Origin: an uncultured Bacteroidales bacterium
GTDB lineage: Bacteria; Bacteroidota; Bacteroidia; Bacteroidales; VadinHA17
DNA: 64,000 nucleotides
NCBI GenBank assembly: GCA_963725785.1
Contig: CAVRZV010000009.1
Span: 1,667-65,666, forward strand
Reading direction: 5' to 3'
In this document: positions 17,863-29,348 of the stretch, in pieces
How the letters are laid out: every line of letters begins with the position of its first letter
Position numbering within the stretch: position 1 is the stretch's first letter
Notes under the pieces: generated by a model
The model's input: only the letters and a program-made list of their open reading frames with translations
Told to the model about the DNA's origin: nothing
Databases searched by the model: none
Program-made: the position numbers and the translations under genes

Positions 17863-19510
17863 GATTCTTTTTTAGTTTAATAATCTTCCGGACTATTATT
17901 CTGGTACCCGTTATTATCCTTACAAAATAGACTCCCTCGTCACACTTTTCTAATTCTGTTACCTGAAGGGTTCTTCCGGCATAAACACCAAACTCCTTTC
18001 TGTATATTTGTTTTCCAGTAAAAGAGATAATCTCAATAGTAAAACTTTCAGGGGGAGTGTTAAAAATAATTTCAAAAGTTCCGGATGTGGGATTTGGATA
18101 AGCTAATATCCCTTCTTCCGGAACTTTAAAAAGCAGGTTCTGAAGTTTAATCAGGGCAAGAACCAGGTCGGGTGTCCCATAGCCATAAAGTGAATCCGGA
18201 TGAGTATATCTGTCGGCACTTGAACGAAGCACCTCAATGATGTGATTATTAGAGGCACCTGGTACAGCCTGCAACAGACAAGCTGCCATTCCGCTTAAAA
18301 CAGGACATGAAAAGGAAGTCCCACTTGATCTGCCGATTATATTTAAAGATGTCTGAACAGGTACATTTACACCCATCGTGGTGTTATCAGGTTTTATCCT
18401 TCTGTCGGCAGATGGACCGGCCGAGGAGAAATCTGCAATAGTATTATTCCCATCAACGGCACCAACTGCAATTACACTATCCCCGTCTGACGGAAATATT
18501 ATATGTTTCCAAAAACTGTCTCTCTCATTTCCTGCGCTGTTTATTATCAGTATCCCTTTTGCGGCTGCAGCATCAGCAGCCCTGGTCACGAATGCAGTTT
18601 TTCCGTCAAGATCTGAATATTTGTAATTAAGTGTAGAATCATCAAAATTGAAGTACCCGAGAGAAGAAGAAATTATATCAGCCCCTGTACTATCTGCATA
18701 TTCAGCGCCTGCTGCCCAGAAATCTTCTTCACAGGAGAATTCAGACTCAACATCCTCTGTTTTGAGGAGCAGGTAATCAGCTCCCGGAGCCGTTCCTTCT
18801 ATCAACCCTGGTAAATTCCCGGCAAGGACGGAAAGAACAGCTGTTCCATGAATACTAGAATTATATACGTTTTTATTTTTTTTTACGAAATCATAGGTCG
18901 CTTTTATTCCGTTTCTGTTTCGAAGTCCGTTTAATGACGATATCTGATCAACATTAAGGAAGCCTCCGTCAAGAACAGCAATTAAAACATTTTTACCATC
19001 ATATCCTGAATTATGAATCGGATATCCATTGATCATTGTTATTGGCCGGTCAAAGGAGGGGAGGTCAGACTGAACTACCTGAAAATCGAGTTTGTTATTC
19101 TGACTGGTTTTTTTCCCGGGAGATTTTACTATTTTGACCTCACTGACAAATGGTAACTTTTCCAGTATCTTTATATCAAAAAGTGACTGAGACTTGAACA
19201 GGGCTGTATTCATCCATTTCGAAGTGGTATGAAGCTTCAGTCCGAGTAGTGATATTTGGTTCAGGTAATCTTTATCAACAGGAAAATCTCGGAAATCCGG
19301 GAAAGTAATTCCGGCTTTTTGTCTGCGGGCTATAGCTCTTAATGACAGAAGATCTTCTGCAGAAAAACTGTTAACAGGATTCTCTCCTTTATCCCTGAAA
19401 TATAACCTGTAGAAGTAAGGATAGGTAGTTTCTTGTCCATTCATACAATTTGTGGACAAAATCAAAAGTGTAATTACAATAGTAACTCCAGGTGCTCCAG
19501 AAGTGTTCAT
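17855..19510 (-). CDS. S8-family (subtilisin-like) serine peptidase with a T9SS type-A C-terminal sorting domain
   Basis: Catalytic triad contexts IAVLDGG, SIHGTAV and SGTSFSCP. The C-terminus (AYPNPTSGTFEI...GVYFVRI...KIIKL) resembles Por_Secre_tail. Confidence 0.85.
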   Translation of the reverse strand: MNTSGAPGVTIVITLLILSTNCMNGQETTYPYFYRLYFRDKGENPVNSFSAEDLLSLRAIARRQKAGITFPDFRDFPVDKDYLNQISLLGLKLHTTSKWMNTALFKSQSLFDIKILEKLPFVSEVKIVKSPGKKTSQNNKLDFQVVQSDLPSFDRPITMINGYPIHNSGYDGKNVLIAVLDGGFLNVDQISSLNGLRNRNGIKATYDFVKKNKNVYNSSIHGTAVLSVLAGNLPGLIEGTAPGADYLLLKTEDVESEFSCEEDFWAAGAEYADSTGADIISSSLGYFNFDDSTLNYKYSDLDGKTAFVTRAADAAAAKGILIINSAGNERDSFWKHIIFPSDGDSVIAVGAVDGNNTIADFSSAGPSADRRIKPDNTTMGVNVPVQTSLNIIGRSSGTSFSCPVLSGMAACLLQAVPGASNNHIIEVLRSSADRYTHPDSLYGYGTPDLVLALIKLQNLLFKVPEEGILAYPNPTSGTFEIIFNTPPESFTIEIISFTGKQIYRKEFGVYAGRTLQVTELEKCDEGVYFVRIITGTRIIVRKIIKLKKNHD

Positions 19511-19517
19511 TTATTCT

Positions 19518-20306
19518 TTACTTAAAGACGTTTGATATTTCCGGATCAGCAATTTTTCCCTTATTTTTCTCCAGGGAATCCAAATACGCTGATCCGTCAA
19601 TATCGAGCTGGTTGTCTTTTGCAATCCCCAACCTGTATTCCAACTTATATTTAATTGTTCCGTCATCATTATATATGATCCATTGTCCCTCCTTTGCATC
19701 ATTTTTATACTGGCCTGAAAGCTCTATCTTCCCGTTTTCTGACCAGACTTCGAACTTCCCATTAATTTTGCCGTTCAAATAATTTGTTTTAAGACATACT
19801 GTCTTATCAGGATAGTATTGTACCCATTCACCCTGTTTTACATTGTTTACAAAAAAGAGTTTTTCGGCTATTGTACTATCGGGATAGAATTTAATTGAAG
19901 GGCCATTTTTAAGATTCTTCGAATAAGTTTCTTCAGCGATCAGATAATCTTTAGTAAATGCGGAGAAGAATTGCCATTTGCCCTCTTTCATCTGGTCGAT
20001 GTATAATCCTTTTGATGAAATATTTCCATTCGGATGATAAATAATTGCATTTGACTCTTTGCCGTCTTGACTGTAAGTAAGCAGGGATTTCAGGGATTTA
20101 TTCTCAAAATATCTCCTGAACTCGCCAACCGGATGATCGTCTTTAAAAATACCATCATACATCATATTTTCATTTGGATATTTTCTTATCCAATGACCCT
20201 GCTTCCTTCCCTGTTGATCTGTAATATTAATCCGGGTATCGGTCTGGCATGAAGCATAGACTGAAATAATTAAAAGCGAGGATGTTATATAGAGCTTTAT
20301 ATTCAT
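19518..20306 (-). CDS. MORN-repeat (YwqK-like) protein, probable lipoprotein
   Basis: Repeated G.W..YY.NG......Y..G...G motifs; signal ending ..VYASC. Confidence 0.6.
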   Translation of the reverse strand: MNIKLYITSSLLIISVYASCQTDTRINITDQQGRKQGHWIRKYPNENMMYDGIFKDDHPVGEFRRYFENKSLKSLLTYSQDGKESNAIIYHPNGNISSKGLYIDQMKEGKWQFFSAFTKDYLIAEETYSKNLKNGPSIKFYPDSTIAEKLFFVNNVKQGEWVQYYPDKTVCLKTNYLNGKINGKFEVWSENGKIELSGQYKNDAKEGQWIIYNDDGTIKYKLEYRLGIAKDNQLDIDGSAYLDSLEKNKGKIADPEISNVFK

Positions 20307-20344
20307 GTAAATGAAACGGGGAAAAACATATAAAAGTACAAAAA

Positions 20345-20370
20345 AAGAGGTTGGAATTTTCCAACCTCTT
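20345..20370 (-). terminator. Rho-independent terminator of dnaK
   Basis: Perfect palindrome AAGAGGTTGGAATTTTCCAACCTCTT, followed on the minus strand by a run of 7 T. Confidence 0.8.
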
Positions 20371-20390
20371 ATAATAAAGTGAATTAGAAT

Positions 20391-22301
20391 TTATTTTACT
20401 TCTTCAAAATCGACATCGGTCACTTCCTCATTTCCCGGTTTGGTATTATTGCCTGATGGTTTTTCAGGATCGGGCTGAGAAGCTGTCTGCCCTGAATTTT
20501 GAGCAGTTTTGTACATTTCTTCTGAAGCTACCTGCCATACTGAATTCAATTCTGCAAGAGCTTTATCAATTGCATCTACGTCCTGAGCTTTATGAGCTTC
20601 TTTAAGCTTACCCAGAGCAGCTTCAATTGCAGGTTTCTTATCAGCCGGAAGTTTATCTCCAAATTCCTTAAGCTGTTTTTCAGTTGTAAAAATCATACTG
20701 TCGGCAGTATTGATCTTGTCGACTTTTTCTTTAGCCTTAGTGTCAGCCTCAGCATTGGCCTTAGCTTCTTCTCTCATCTTCCTGATTTCATCATCGGTCA
20801 ATCCTGATGATGCTTCAATCCTGATTCTCTGTTCTTTGCCAGTTCCTCTGTCCTTGGCTGCCACGTGCAAAATCCCGTTTGCATCGATATCAAAGCTTAC
20901 TTCAATCTGAGGAACACCTCTTGGAGCTGGTGGCAGGCCGTCGAGATGGAATCGTCCGATAGTTTTATTGCCTGTTGCCATTGGTCTTTCGCCCTGAAGA
21001 ACATGTATCTCAACAGATGGCTGGCTGTCTGCAGCAGTTGTGAACACTTCAGTTTTCTTGGTAGGAATAGTAGTATTTGATTCAATAAGTTTAGTCATTA
21101 CCCCACCCATTGTTTCGATACCAAGTGATAACGGTGTAACATCGAGCAAGAGGACATCTTTTACCTCTCCGGTAAGTACACCACCTTGTATTGCGGCACC
21201 TACAGCTACAACTTCATCGGGATTAACACCTTTTGATGGCACTTTTCCAAAGAACTTTTCGACAAGCTGTTGGATTGCAGGTATTCGTGTTGATCCTCCT
21301 ACAAGAAGTACTTCATCTATTTCAGATACAGAAAGACCGGAATCTTTCAGTGCAATTTTACAGGGTTCAATGCAAGCCTGGATAAGTTTATCGCATATCT
21401 TTTCGAAATTAGCACGTGTAAGCGTTTTCACGAGATGTTTTGGAATTCCATCAACAGGCATAATGTATGGAAGATTTATCTCAGTCGATGTTGAACTTGA
21501 AAGTTCGATTTTGGCCTTTTCAGCAGCTTCTTTCAGCCTTTGCAGTGCCATTGGATCTTTTCTAAGGTCAATACCTTCTTCTTTAAGAAACTCTTCAGCC
21601 ATCCAGTCAATTATCAGATGATCAAAATCATCGCCTCCGAGATGTGTGTCTCCATTAGTTGATTTAACTTCAAAAACACCGTCTCCAAGCTCAAGAATCG
21701 AAATATCGAAAGTTCCGCCGCCAAGATCAAATACAGCAATTTTAAGGTCCTGTGACTTTTTGTCGAGGCCATATGCCAGAGACGCAGCTGTTGGCTCATT
21801 AATTATTCGTTTAACATTCAGTCCTGCTATTTCACCGGCTTCTTTTGTTGCCTGACGTTGTGAATCGCTGAAATATGCAGGAACAGTAATAACAGCATCG
21901 GTAACTTCCTGCCCCAGATAATCTTCAGCAGTTTTTTTCATTTTCTGAAGGATCATAGCAGAGATCTCCTGTGGTGAATACATACGGTCATCAATTTTCA
22001 CTCGGGGAGTATTATTGTCACCCTTAACAACCGTATAGGACACCCTTTTTATCTCTTTTGTAACTTTATCGTAAGTTTCACCCATAAATCTCTTGATCGA
22101 GAAAACAGTTTTCTTTGAGTTTGTAATAGCTTGTCGTTTGGCAGGATCACCGATTTTACGCTCTCCGTTTTCAACGAAAGCAACAATCGAAGGAGTTGTT
22201 CTTTTGCCCTCGCTGTTAGGGATTACAACAGGTTCATTACCTTCCATTACTGCAACACAAGAATTTGTGGTTCCCAGATCAATTCCAATTATTTTTCCCA
22301 T
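20391..22301 (-). CDS. dnaK: Molecular chaperone DnaK (Hsp70)
   Basis: [34 protein letters not shown] and a C-terminal acidic tail; full length 636 aa. Confidence 0.98.
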   Translation of the reverse strand: MGKIIGIDLGTTNSCVAVMEGNEPVVIPNSEGKRTTPSIVAFVENGERKIGDPAKRQAITNSKKTVFSIKRFMGETYDKVTKEIKRVSYTVVKGDNNTPRVKIDDRMYSPQEISAMILQKMKKTAEDYLGQEVTDAVITVPAYFSDSQRQATKEAGEIAGLNVKRIINEPTAASLAYGLDKKSQDLKIAVFDLGGGTFDISILELGDGVFEVKSTNGDTHLGGDDFDHLIIDWMAEEFLKEEGIDLRKDPMALQRLKEAAEKAKIELSSSTSTEINLPYIMPVDGIPKHLVKTLTRANFEKICDKLIQACIEPCKIALKDSGLSVSEIDEVLLVGGSTRIPAIQQLVEKFFGKVPSKGVNPDEVVAVGAAIQGGVLTGEVKDVLLLDVTPLSLGIETMGGVMTKLIESNTTIPTKKTEVFTTAADSQPSVEIHVLQGERPMATGNKTIGRFHLDGLPPAPRGVPQIEVSFDIDANGILHVAAKDRGTGKEQRIRIEASSGLTDDEIRKMREEAKANAEADTKAKEKVDKINTADSMIFTTEKQLKEFGDKLPADKKPAIEAALGKLKEAHKAQDVDAIDKALAELNSVWQVASEEMYKTAQNSGQTASQPDPEKPSGNNTKPGNEEVTDVDFEEVK

Positions 22302-22554
22302 TTTATTATATTATTAAAAATTTCAATTTTAAATTATGAACATTGTCCATGCGTTTCAGAGCTTGTTCTGCAAAATCGAAATTAAATTTAAACTATGATG
22401 AATATGCAATGATTATGCCATTAACGTTTTTGGCGTTTTTTATGACAAAACGACAGTTGTCTTTTTCAGGCTGACAAAACAAAAAGATGAGAGTAAGAGG
22501 ATGTATCATCCAATTCAAATCTGTAACTTTGGCCAGGTAATTAACACATTTATT

Positions 22555-23370
22555 ATGTCGATACACAAATCTGTTAAGAGAGTCACAACTCATGTATTAA
22601 ATGAGATGAAGCTGAAAGGTGAAAAAATTGCTATGCTGACAGCGTATGACTATTCCATTGCCAAGATCCTTGATGAAGCAGAAATAGATGTAATACTGGT
22701 TGGTGATTCCGCTTCGAATGTGATGGCAGGTTTTGATACCACCCTTCCCATAACGCTCGATAATATGATCTATCATGCAGCGTCTGTCGTACGTGCCGTC
22801 AAGAGAGCGCTTGTTGTGGTAGATCTTCCGTTCGGTACTTACCAGGGAAATTCTAAAGAAGCATTGGTTTCATCTATAAGAATTATGAAAGAGACCGGAG
22901 CTCATGCAGTTAAGCTTGAAGGCGGGTTTCAGGTTGTTGAATCAATTGAAAGAATCCTGTCAGCAGGAATTCCCGTTATGGGACATCTTGGCCTTACACC
23001 TCAGGCTATTCATAAATTCGGAACATATGTCGTAAGGGCCAAAGAAGAAGAAGAGGCTCGCAGATTAATGGAAGATGCCAGATTGCTTGAACAGACTGGT
23101 TGTTTTGCGATAGTACTTGAAAAAATACCGGCTAAACTGGCAGAAGAAGTCACAAATAGTCTGAAAATACCTTTGATTGGAATAGGCGCCGGAGGAAAAA
23201 CTGACGGCCAGGTACTTGTACTTCATGATATGCTTGGAATAACCCAGGAATTCTCACCAAGATTCCTTAGAAGGTATCATAACCTGTATTCAGAAATAAA
23301 AGGCGCCGTTCAGGCTTATATTACTGATGTAAGATCGCGAGACTTCCCGAACGAAAAAGAACAGTATTAA
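22555..23370 (+). CDS. panB: 3-methyl-2-oxobutanoate hydroxymethyltransferase
   Basis: MLTAYDY, LVGDS, DLPFGTY and VKLEGG motifs. The start is moved to ATG 22555; the upstream part of the track ORF looks non-coding. Confidence 0.9.
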   Translation: MSIHKSVKRVTTHVLNEMKLKGEKIAMLTAYDYSIAKILDEAEIDVILVGDSASNVMAGFDTTLPITLDNMIYHAASVVRAVKRALVVVDLPFGTYQGNSKEALVSSIRIMKETGAHAVKLEGGFQVVESIERILSAGIPVMGHLGLTPQAIHKFGTYVVRAKEEEEARRLMEDARLLEQTGCFAIVLEKIPAKLAEEVTNSLKIPLIGIGAGGKTDGQVLVLHDMLGITQEFSPRFLRRYHNLYSEIKGAVQAYITDVRSRDFPNEKEQY

Positions 23371-23381
23371 AAAGATCTGAG

Positions 23382-24062
23382 ATGGTTGAGATACTGTACG
23401 AGGACAATCATATTATTGCTGTTTATAAGAGATCTTCCGATCTGGCCCAGGGCGACAAAACAGGGGATGTTTCACTCGACACCGAAATCAAAAAATATAT
23501 AGCGACGAAATACAAAAAACCCGGAGAGGTTTTCCTGGGTGTGGTTCACAGACTTGATCGGCCGGTAAGCGGTGTAATGCTCTATGCCCGCACTTCCAAA
23601 GCACTTTCACGTCTTAATGAGATGTTCAAGCTGAAACAGGTTAAAAAAATTTACATGGCAATTGTTAAGGAGAGGCCTCCGGAAGATGAAGCAACAATAT
23701 CTCATTTCCTTAAAAAGAATGAATCACAAAACAAAAGTTATGTGTATGATAATGAGGTAAAAGGATCAAAAGAGGCAAGCCTTACATACAGGTTAAAGGG
23801 AAGATCTGAAAAGTATTATCTTCTTGAAATAGAGCTTCATTCCGGCAGACATCACCAGATAAGGGCTCAGCTGGCAAAAATAGGATGTCCGATTAAAGGT
23901 GATCTGAAATATGGTTTCTCCCGGTCGAATGAAGACGGCGGGATCAGTCTTTTTGCCCGACGGCTCGAATTCATTCATCCGGTAAAGAAAGAATCTGTTA
24001 AAATTATTGCCCATTTTCCTGAAGGTGATATTTGGTCAGTTTTTATGGATTCAATTGAATAA
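23382..24062 (+). CDS. RluA-family pseudouridine synthase
   Basis: HRLDRPVSGV catalytic-Asp motif and GRHHQIR. Confidence 0.85.
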   Translation: MVEILYEDNHIIAVYKRSSDLAQGDKTGDVSLDTEIKKYIATKYKKPGEVFLGVVHRLDRPVSGVMLYARTSKALSRLNEMFKLKQVKKIYMAIVKERPPEDEATISHFLKKNESQNKSYVYDNEVKGSKEASLTYRLKGRSEKYYLLEIELHSGRHHQIRAQLAKIGCPIKGDLKYGFSRSNEDGGISLFARRLEFIHPVKKESVKIIAHFPEGDIWSVFMDSIE

Positions 24063-24094
24063 AAAAATGAGCCTGAAATCTGACTCATTTTTAT
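24062..24094 (+). terminator. Possible intrinsic terminator after the pseudouridine synthase gene
   Basis: AAAAATGAG-(12 nt)-CTCATTTTT; AT-rich stem with a large loop. Confidence 0.35.
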
Positions 24095-24354
24095 GTTGAA
24101 AAACCAAAACAGATCGGAATTATTATTTTTCCACAGACTTTTCTGATTCAACCTTTACAGACTCCTGTATTTTTTGTTCCTGAATTATTTGCACAAGGAA
24201 TTCAGAAACGTACACTTTAAAGGTTTTTCCATATTTCAGTTTGATACCTCAAAATTACTTTTACAGCGTATTTCGGAGTTAATACCAGCTAAATAAGAGT
24301 TAATGAAATGTTAAATACTTCTTTATTAACGACTTTATAATTTATTTTTGTAGC

Positions 24355-25992
24355 ATGAACAAGATGAAATTCACCGGACTTATTGTTATGATGCTGTTAT
24401 CAATTATTGGCATTATATGGGTGCAGATTGTGTGGATTCAGAAGGCTGTCGGAATCAGAAATGAAAGTTTTAACAATGCAGTAATTGTAAGTATTAACAA
24501 TGCAGCGAACTCAATGGAATCTTCCAGGAAAATGAATTTCTTTAATAATTTTATGTTATTTGATCCGTTTTCAACAGTTGATAGTTCGTCGGATATTTCC
24601 GGTTTTATGAACTCTGGAAATCGCTCTTCAGTACCCGGTGATAATTTTAGTTTAAGGATAACCAACCAGTCCGTTTCACAAAATCCCCAAAACGGGAAAG
24701 TGACAACAGTAAACAAATCCTACCTGATAACTAATGATACCATAATTTCAGATTCTGTGACCCTGAATGTTGATCCGTCAGATAAGTCAGGCAAGGCAGC
24801 TCTATTCAGGAGAGGAGAAGGAATTAATGCCGATACAAGGGAATCATATATACTTCAGAATGATTTCCTCGAATGGGTAAAAAAAAGACCAGCTGAGATA
24901 CAATACATGAGTGATCAGGAAGTGAGAGAGACTTACCTCTGGGAAAAGACACTTGAGTTTGATAACAAGGAAGTTGAGTTCTATCTTATGCAGGCGTTTT
25001 CTTTTGCCGAAATCAAAACTCCTTTTGAATATGCAATAATCAAAGATGGAGTGGTGTATGATGGGACAGGTAAAAAATCGGGGAAAAGTGATTTTCTGAA
25101 AAGTAACTACCGTGTCAGGTTATTTCCCGACAATATTTTAGGGAAGAACATTATACTTTCAGTAATTTTCCCTGAGCGTACTAACTATGTATTGGGATCG
25201 ATGATCTGGATATTGGGAGGATCGACTCTTTTTTCACTTTTTATACTGGCAACTTTTGCACTGAGTCTGTTTTTCATCATAAGACAGAAAAAGATATCTG
25301 AGATGAAATCGGATTTTATAAATAACATGACCCATGAGTTCAAAACTCCTATTGCAACAATTTCTCTTGCAGCTGATACCATAACTAATCCTAAAGTCAT
25401 TAATGATGAGACCAGTATCCGACATTTTATTGGCATGATCAAAAAGGAAAACAGCAGGATGAATAAGAAGGTTGAAACAATTCTGCAGATAGCTTCACTC
25501 GACAAAAAGGAAATAGAATTCAGATTTGATAATGTTTCAATACATACAATAATTGAACATGCCATTGAGACAATTGAAATTCAGGTTCATCAACGAAAAG
25601 GTAAGATCAATCTTTACCTGAATGCTGAAAAACCTGATATCTATGGAGATTATGAGCATCTGACAAATCTTGTTAGTAATTTTCTCGACAATGCTATAAA
25701 ATATTCTCCGGGAGAACCGGAAATAACTGTAATAACAAAAAATTGTGAAAAAGGATTAATTTTATCTGTCGAAGATAAGGGCATCGGAATGTCTAAAACG
25801 GTTCAGAGTAAGATATTTGAAAGATTTTACAGGCAGAGCTCAGGAAACGTGCACGATGTAAAAGGATTCGGACTTGGTTTAAATTATGCACGGTCAATAA
25901 TTGAAGCACATAAGGGCACTATAAGTGTCTTCAGCGAACCTGGAAAAGGAAGCCGGTTCGAAATATTTTTACCATTTAATATGGAGAATTAA
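24355..25992 (+). CDS. Sensor histidine kinase (HisKA + HATPase_c) with an uncharacterised extracytoplasmic N-terminal region
   Basis: Two TM segments. H-box NMTHEFKTPIATI, N-box LDNAIKYS, G-boxes DKGIGM and GFGLGL. Confidence 0.9.
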   Translation: MNKMKFTGLIVMMLLSIIGIIWVQIVWIQKAVGIRNESFNNAVIVSINNAANSMESSRKMNFFNNFMLFDPFSTVDSSSDISGFMNSGNRSSVPGDNFSLRITNQSVSQNPQNGKVTTVNKSYLITNDTIISDSVTLNVDPSDKSGKAALFRRGEGINADTRESYILQNDFLEWVKKRPAEIQYMSDQEVRETYLWEKTLEFDNKEVEFYLMQAFSFAEIKTPFEYAIIKDGVVYDGTGKKSGKSDFLKSNYRVRLFPDNILGKNIILSVIFPERTNYVLGSMIWILGGSTLFSLFILATFALSLFFIIRQKKISEMKSDFINNMTHEFKTPIATISLAADTITNPKVINDETSIRHFIGMIKKENSRMNKKVETILQIASLDKKEIEFRFDNVSIHTIIEHAIETIEIQVHQRKGKINLYLNAEKPDIYGDYEHLTNLVSNFLDNAIKYSPGEPEITVITKNCEKGLILSVEDKGIGMSKTVQSKIFERFYRQSSGNVHDVKGFGLGLNYARSIIEAHKGTISVFSEPGKGSRFEIFLPFNMEN

Positions 25993-25994
25993 AG

Positions 25995-26690
25995 ATGAAC
26001 AACAAATCCGTTAAAATTTTTCTCGTTGAGGATGATTTAAGTTTTGGATCAGTTCTTAAATCATACCTTGAAATAAATGACTACTCCGTTGAGTGGGTCG
26101 ATGATGGGAAATATGCAATTGATCATTTCAGAAAAGGGATTTTTAATATCTGCATACTTGATATTATGCTTCCTCATGTGGATGGATTTACAATAGCGAA
26201 TGAGATAAGAAAGATTAATAATGAGGTTCCGATCATTTTTCTTACTGCAAAGAAGCTTAAGGAAGATGTTCTGAAAGGATATGGAGTAGGAGCTGATGAT
26301 TATGTTACTAAACCTTTTGATACTGATATACTTCTTGCTAAAATTAAAGCAATTATTTCAAGACGCGACTTTCAGACCGGAACGAAAGACATCTATGAGA
26401 TTGGGAAGTTTGTTTTTAACTCCAAGCTCAGGATATTGACTATCGGCAATGATCAAAAGAAACTCTCTCCTAAAGAAGCTCAACTGCTCGAATTGCTGGC
26501 GATTAATCCGAATGCTTTGATCAGCAGGGAAATGGCTCTTAAGAAGATATGGGGTTCTGATGATTATTTTACAGCAAGGAGTATGGATGTCTATATAACG
26601 AAATTGCGAAAGTTTTTATCGGATGATCCTGATCTGAATATTAAAAATATCCATGGAGCTGGTTTCCAGCTGATTGTCAGGGAAGAATAA
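25995..26690 (+). CDS. OmpR-family response regulator transcription factor
   Basis: Receiver domain (VEDD...ILDIMLP...LTAK) plus a winged-helix C-terminus (LSPKEAQLLELL...YITKLRK). There is a 2-nt gap to the kinase gene. Confidence 0.9.
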   Translation: MNNKSVKIFLVEDDLSFGSVLKSYLEINDYSVEWVDDGKYAIDHFRKGIFNICILDIMLPHVDGFTIANEIRKINNEVPIIFLTAKKLKEDVLKGYGVGADDYVTKPFDTDILLAKIKAIISRRDFQTGTKDIYEIGKFVFNSKLRILTIGNDQKKLSPKEAQLLELLAINPNALISREMALKKIWGSDDYFTARSMDVYITKLRKFLSDDPDLNIKNIHGAGFQLIVREE

Positions 26691-27174
26691 TCTTCAGATT
26701 ATTTCTGTTAAATTGCATTGGAAGAAGAGTTCCTATACCATCAAAAATAAGTGTTTTACTTTTCCCCGATAGAATTATTTTTATCTTATTCCCGATTCTT
26801 ATCTCCTCCTCTGCAATTACCTGACGACAGTTACCGCATGGAGATGGTGCTTCTTCACAAATCCCGTCTTCTGTCATTGAAGCAATAGCCAACGCTATTG
26901 GTTTGTCATCACTGTGATTTGTTATTGAATTGGAAAGAGCACTTCTCTCAGCACAAATGCCTGAAGGGAATGCAGCATTTTCTATATTTGCTCCCCTGAT
27001 GATTATACCGCTCTCCAATCTGACCGCTGCTCCGACACTGAATTTTGAGTAGGGCGCATAAGCATTGAGGGCCGATTCCCTGGCAGCTAAAATAAGTTCC
27101 AGGTCGTCGGAATTCAATTCGTCAGTTTTTTCGTACTCTGTATATGAAAATGATTTATTGTTCGTTTTAATCAT
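26677..27174 (-). CDS. cdd: Cytidine deaminase
   Basis: Zinc-binding motifs CAERSAL and PCGNCRQ. Confidence 0.85.
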   Translation of the reverse strand: MIKTNNKSFSYTEYEKTDELNSDDLELILAARESALNAYAPYSKFSVGAAVRLESGIIIRGANIENAAFPSGICAERSALSNSITNHSDDKPIALAIASMTEDGICEEAPSPCGNCRQVIAEEEIRIGNKIKIILSGKSKTLIFDGIGTLLPMQFNRNNLKIILP

Positions 27175-27344
27175 AATAGCTTTTGTCAGTATGGGTAAAG
27201 GTAGTAAAAAATTTGAAGTGCAGAAAGTTTAGAGTGCAAGGGATATGCTGTGCTCAGAGTTAATAATTCTTTTACCTTTAGGCTCTCCGGACACTTTGAG
27301 TACCCTCGGCACTTTTATTTAAATTAACTAATAAACTATTTTAC

Positions 27345-28355
27345 ATGAACAGCAGACTTTTTCTCATTCTTATTCCGATTTTATTTTCAGGTCTGATTTC
27401 ATGCAAAGCATATAAACCACTCATTTCAACTTCAGCGCCTGATGTGTCGGTTCAGGATTATGTAAATACGTATAAAAGCCTTGCCGTCACCGAAATGAAG
27501 AGAACAGGCATACCGGCCAGTATCACTCTGGCACAGGGCATTATTGAATCTGACTGCGGTCGTAGTTCTCTCGCCCGTGAAGGAAATAATCATTTTGGTA
27601 TTAAATGTCATGACAACTGGACAGGACCCACAGTCAGGCATAATGATAACAGAAGAAATGAGTGTTTTAGAAAATACCGTAAACCTGAAGAATCTTTTTA
27701 TGATCATTCTGATTTTCTCAAATCAGGATCTCGTTATGATTTCCTCTTCAATATTAATCCTGCTGATTACAAGGCATGGGCGCACGGATTAAAGAAGGCT
27801 GGCTATGCTACAAATCCCGACTATGCAAATATGCTGATACGAACAATCGAAAATAACAACCTTAGTTACTTTGATCGGGGTTATAATTCTGTCAGTTTAC
27901 CACCCACTGCTTCCCTGACTGTGATTACACCTCAATCAAAGGACAGTATTCGTAAATCAGCCCCGGACATTAGTGGGACCACTGCAGTATTGGCCCGGGT
28001 TCCAAGAGTGATGGAAAACAACAGGATCCAGTATATTATTGTTAAAGATGGCGATACCAGGGAAAAACTCGAGGATGAGTTCCAGTTATTAAAATGGGAA
28101 CTGTCAAAATATAACGAACTTAATAATGATTTTCAGCTTATTCCGGGTCAGATACTCTATCTTCAACCAAAGAGGGACCGGGCTGAACCCGGGAAAGAGT
28201 ACTATAGTTGTGTGGAAGGAGATACCATGTACATGATTTCCCAGAGGTTCGGCATTAAACTTAAAAAGCTGTTGGAGATGAACAGAATGGCGGCAGGTAT
28301 TGAACCGGCAGCTGGTAAAAAGATCTGGTTAAGGAGTATAATGCCGGTCAACTAA
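27345..28355 (+). CDS. Glucosaminidase (mannosyl-glycoprotein endo-beta-N-acetylglucosaminidase-like) with two LysM domains, lipoprotein signal
   Basis: Signal ..GLISC. ITLAQGIIESDCG...NNHFGIK...YATNP.YA. LysM-like segments YIIVKDGDT... and Y.CVEGDTMYMISQRFGI. Confidence 0.8.
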   Translation: MNSRLFLILIPILFSGLISCKAYKPLISTSAPDVSVQDYVNTYKSLAVTEMKRTGIPASITLAQGIIESDCGRSSLAREGNNHFGIKCHDNWTGPTVRHNDNRRNECFRKYRKPEESFYDHSDFLKSGSRYDFLFNINPADYKAWAHGLKKAGYATNPDYANMLIRTIENNNLSYFDRGYNSVSLPPTASLTVITPQSKDSIRKSAPDISGTTAVLARVPRVMENNRIQYIIVKDGDTREKLEDEFQLLKWELSKYNELNNDFQLIPGQILYLQPKRDRAEPGKEYYSCVEGDTMYMISQRFGIKLKKLLEMNRMAAGIEPAAGKKIWLRSIMPVN

Positions 28356-29313
28356 CCGGAATAGTGAAGTTCATTATTTTGAATCCTCTCAGGAATTCAA
28401 CGGTATTAATTCTCCTCTTTCCTTCAAGTTGGAGACTTACGATACTCAAATATCCATTTTTACAGCCGATCTTTAGAAAGGATTTTCCATCAGACACTAT
28501 TTTACCAGGCTCATTGGCATTCTTCACGATCTCCGGCTGGCTTTCGAAAATCTTGAATGAATACGTTGCAGATTCACTTTTAAAATAAGATCTGGCACAT
28601 GGATGAGGTGCCAGGCCCCTGATAAAATTGTGAATTGTAACCGGATCATTATTCCAATTGATTACACAGTCGTCAGGATGTATCTTAGGTGCTAATTTAG
28701 GTGATTTTCCATTGTTAATAAGTTGAGTCTGAGGTACTGATATTAACTTATTTTCAGCCATATTGGACAGGGTTCTTATAACCAGCCTTGCTCCATGTTT
28801 CATTAATCTGTCGTGGAGATCGCCTGCATTTTCAAATGGGAATATCTGTACCTCTTCTCTCAGAAGTATATTCCCGGTGTCAATTTTATCATCAATAAAG
28901 AATGTTGTAACTCCCGTCGTTGTCTCCCCATTTATTATCACATGATTTATGGGAGCTGCACCACGGTAGTCAGGGAGAAGTGATGCATGAAGATTTATTG
29001 TACCTATTGAAGGCATTTTCCAGACCGCTTCAGGAAGTTTTCGGAAAGCCACAACTATAAAGAGATCTGCATTTAACTTTTTCAGGTTGTTTATAAACTC
29101 AGGATCCTTTAGATTTACCGGTTGCAGGATAGGAAGGTAGCTGAACTCGGCAAATTCTTTTACAGCAGATTTTGTCATCTTTTGACCTCTGCCTGAAGGT
29201 TTGTCGGGTGTAGTTACTACACCGACAATATTGCATCCGTTCATTAGCAATGATCCAAGCGTCGCAACTGCAAACTCAGGTGTTCCCATAAATACTATCC
29301 TGAGATTCTTCAT
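28348..29313 (-). CDS. fmt: Methionyl-tRNA formyltransferase
   Basis: IVFMGTPEFAV and NLHASLLPDYRGAAPI. The start is taken at the internal ATG (29313) giving MKNLRIVFMG. Confidence 0.9.
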   Translation of the reverse strand: MKNLRIVFMGTPEFAVATLGSLLMNGCNIVGVVTTPDKPSGRGQKMTKSAVKEFAEFSYLPILQPVNLKDPEFINNLKKLNADLFIVVAFRKLPEAVWKMPSIGTINLHASLLPDYRGAAPINHVIINGETTTGVTTFFIDDKIDTGNILLREEVQIFPFENAGDLHDRLMKHGARLVIRTLSNMAENKLISVPQTQLINNGKSPKLAPKIHPDDCVINWNNDPVTIHNFIRGLAPHPCARSYFKSESATYSFKIFESQPEIVKNANEPGKIVSDGKSFLKIGCKNGYLSIVSLQLEGKRRINTVEFLRGFKIMNFTIPVS

Positions 29314-29348
29314 AGATGGTTTATTATCATTCAAATATAATACCAATA

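Noticed and set aside
20592-22385. Multiple 61-193 aa ORFs on both strands overlapping dnaK
   Set aside because: They lie entirely within the highly conserved dnaK coding region and have low-complexity or unrecognisable products.
22393-22593. 66-aa minus-strand ORF, and the 18-codon upstream extension of panB
   Set aside because: There are no recognisable features, and both overlap the dnaK/panB divergent promoter region. panB homology starts at the ATG at 22555.
24343-24350. TATTTTTG (fits TAnnTTTG) as the promoter -7 box of the histidine kinase gene
   Set aside because: It ends 4 nt before the ATG, which would require a leaderless or internally initiated transcript. No convincing TTG lies at the right spacing. 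A single match in AT-rich DNA is weak evidence.
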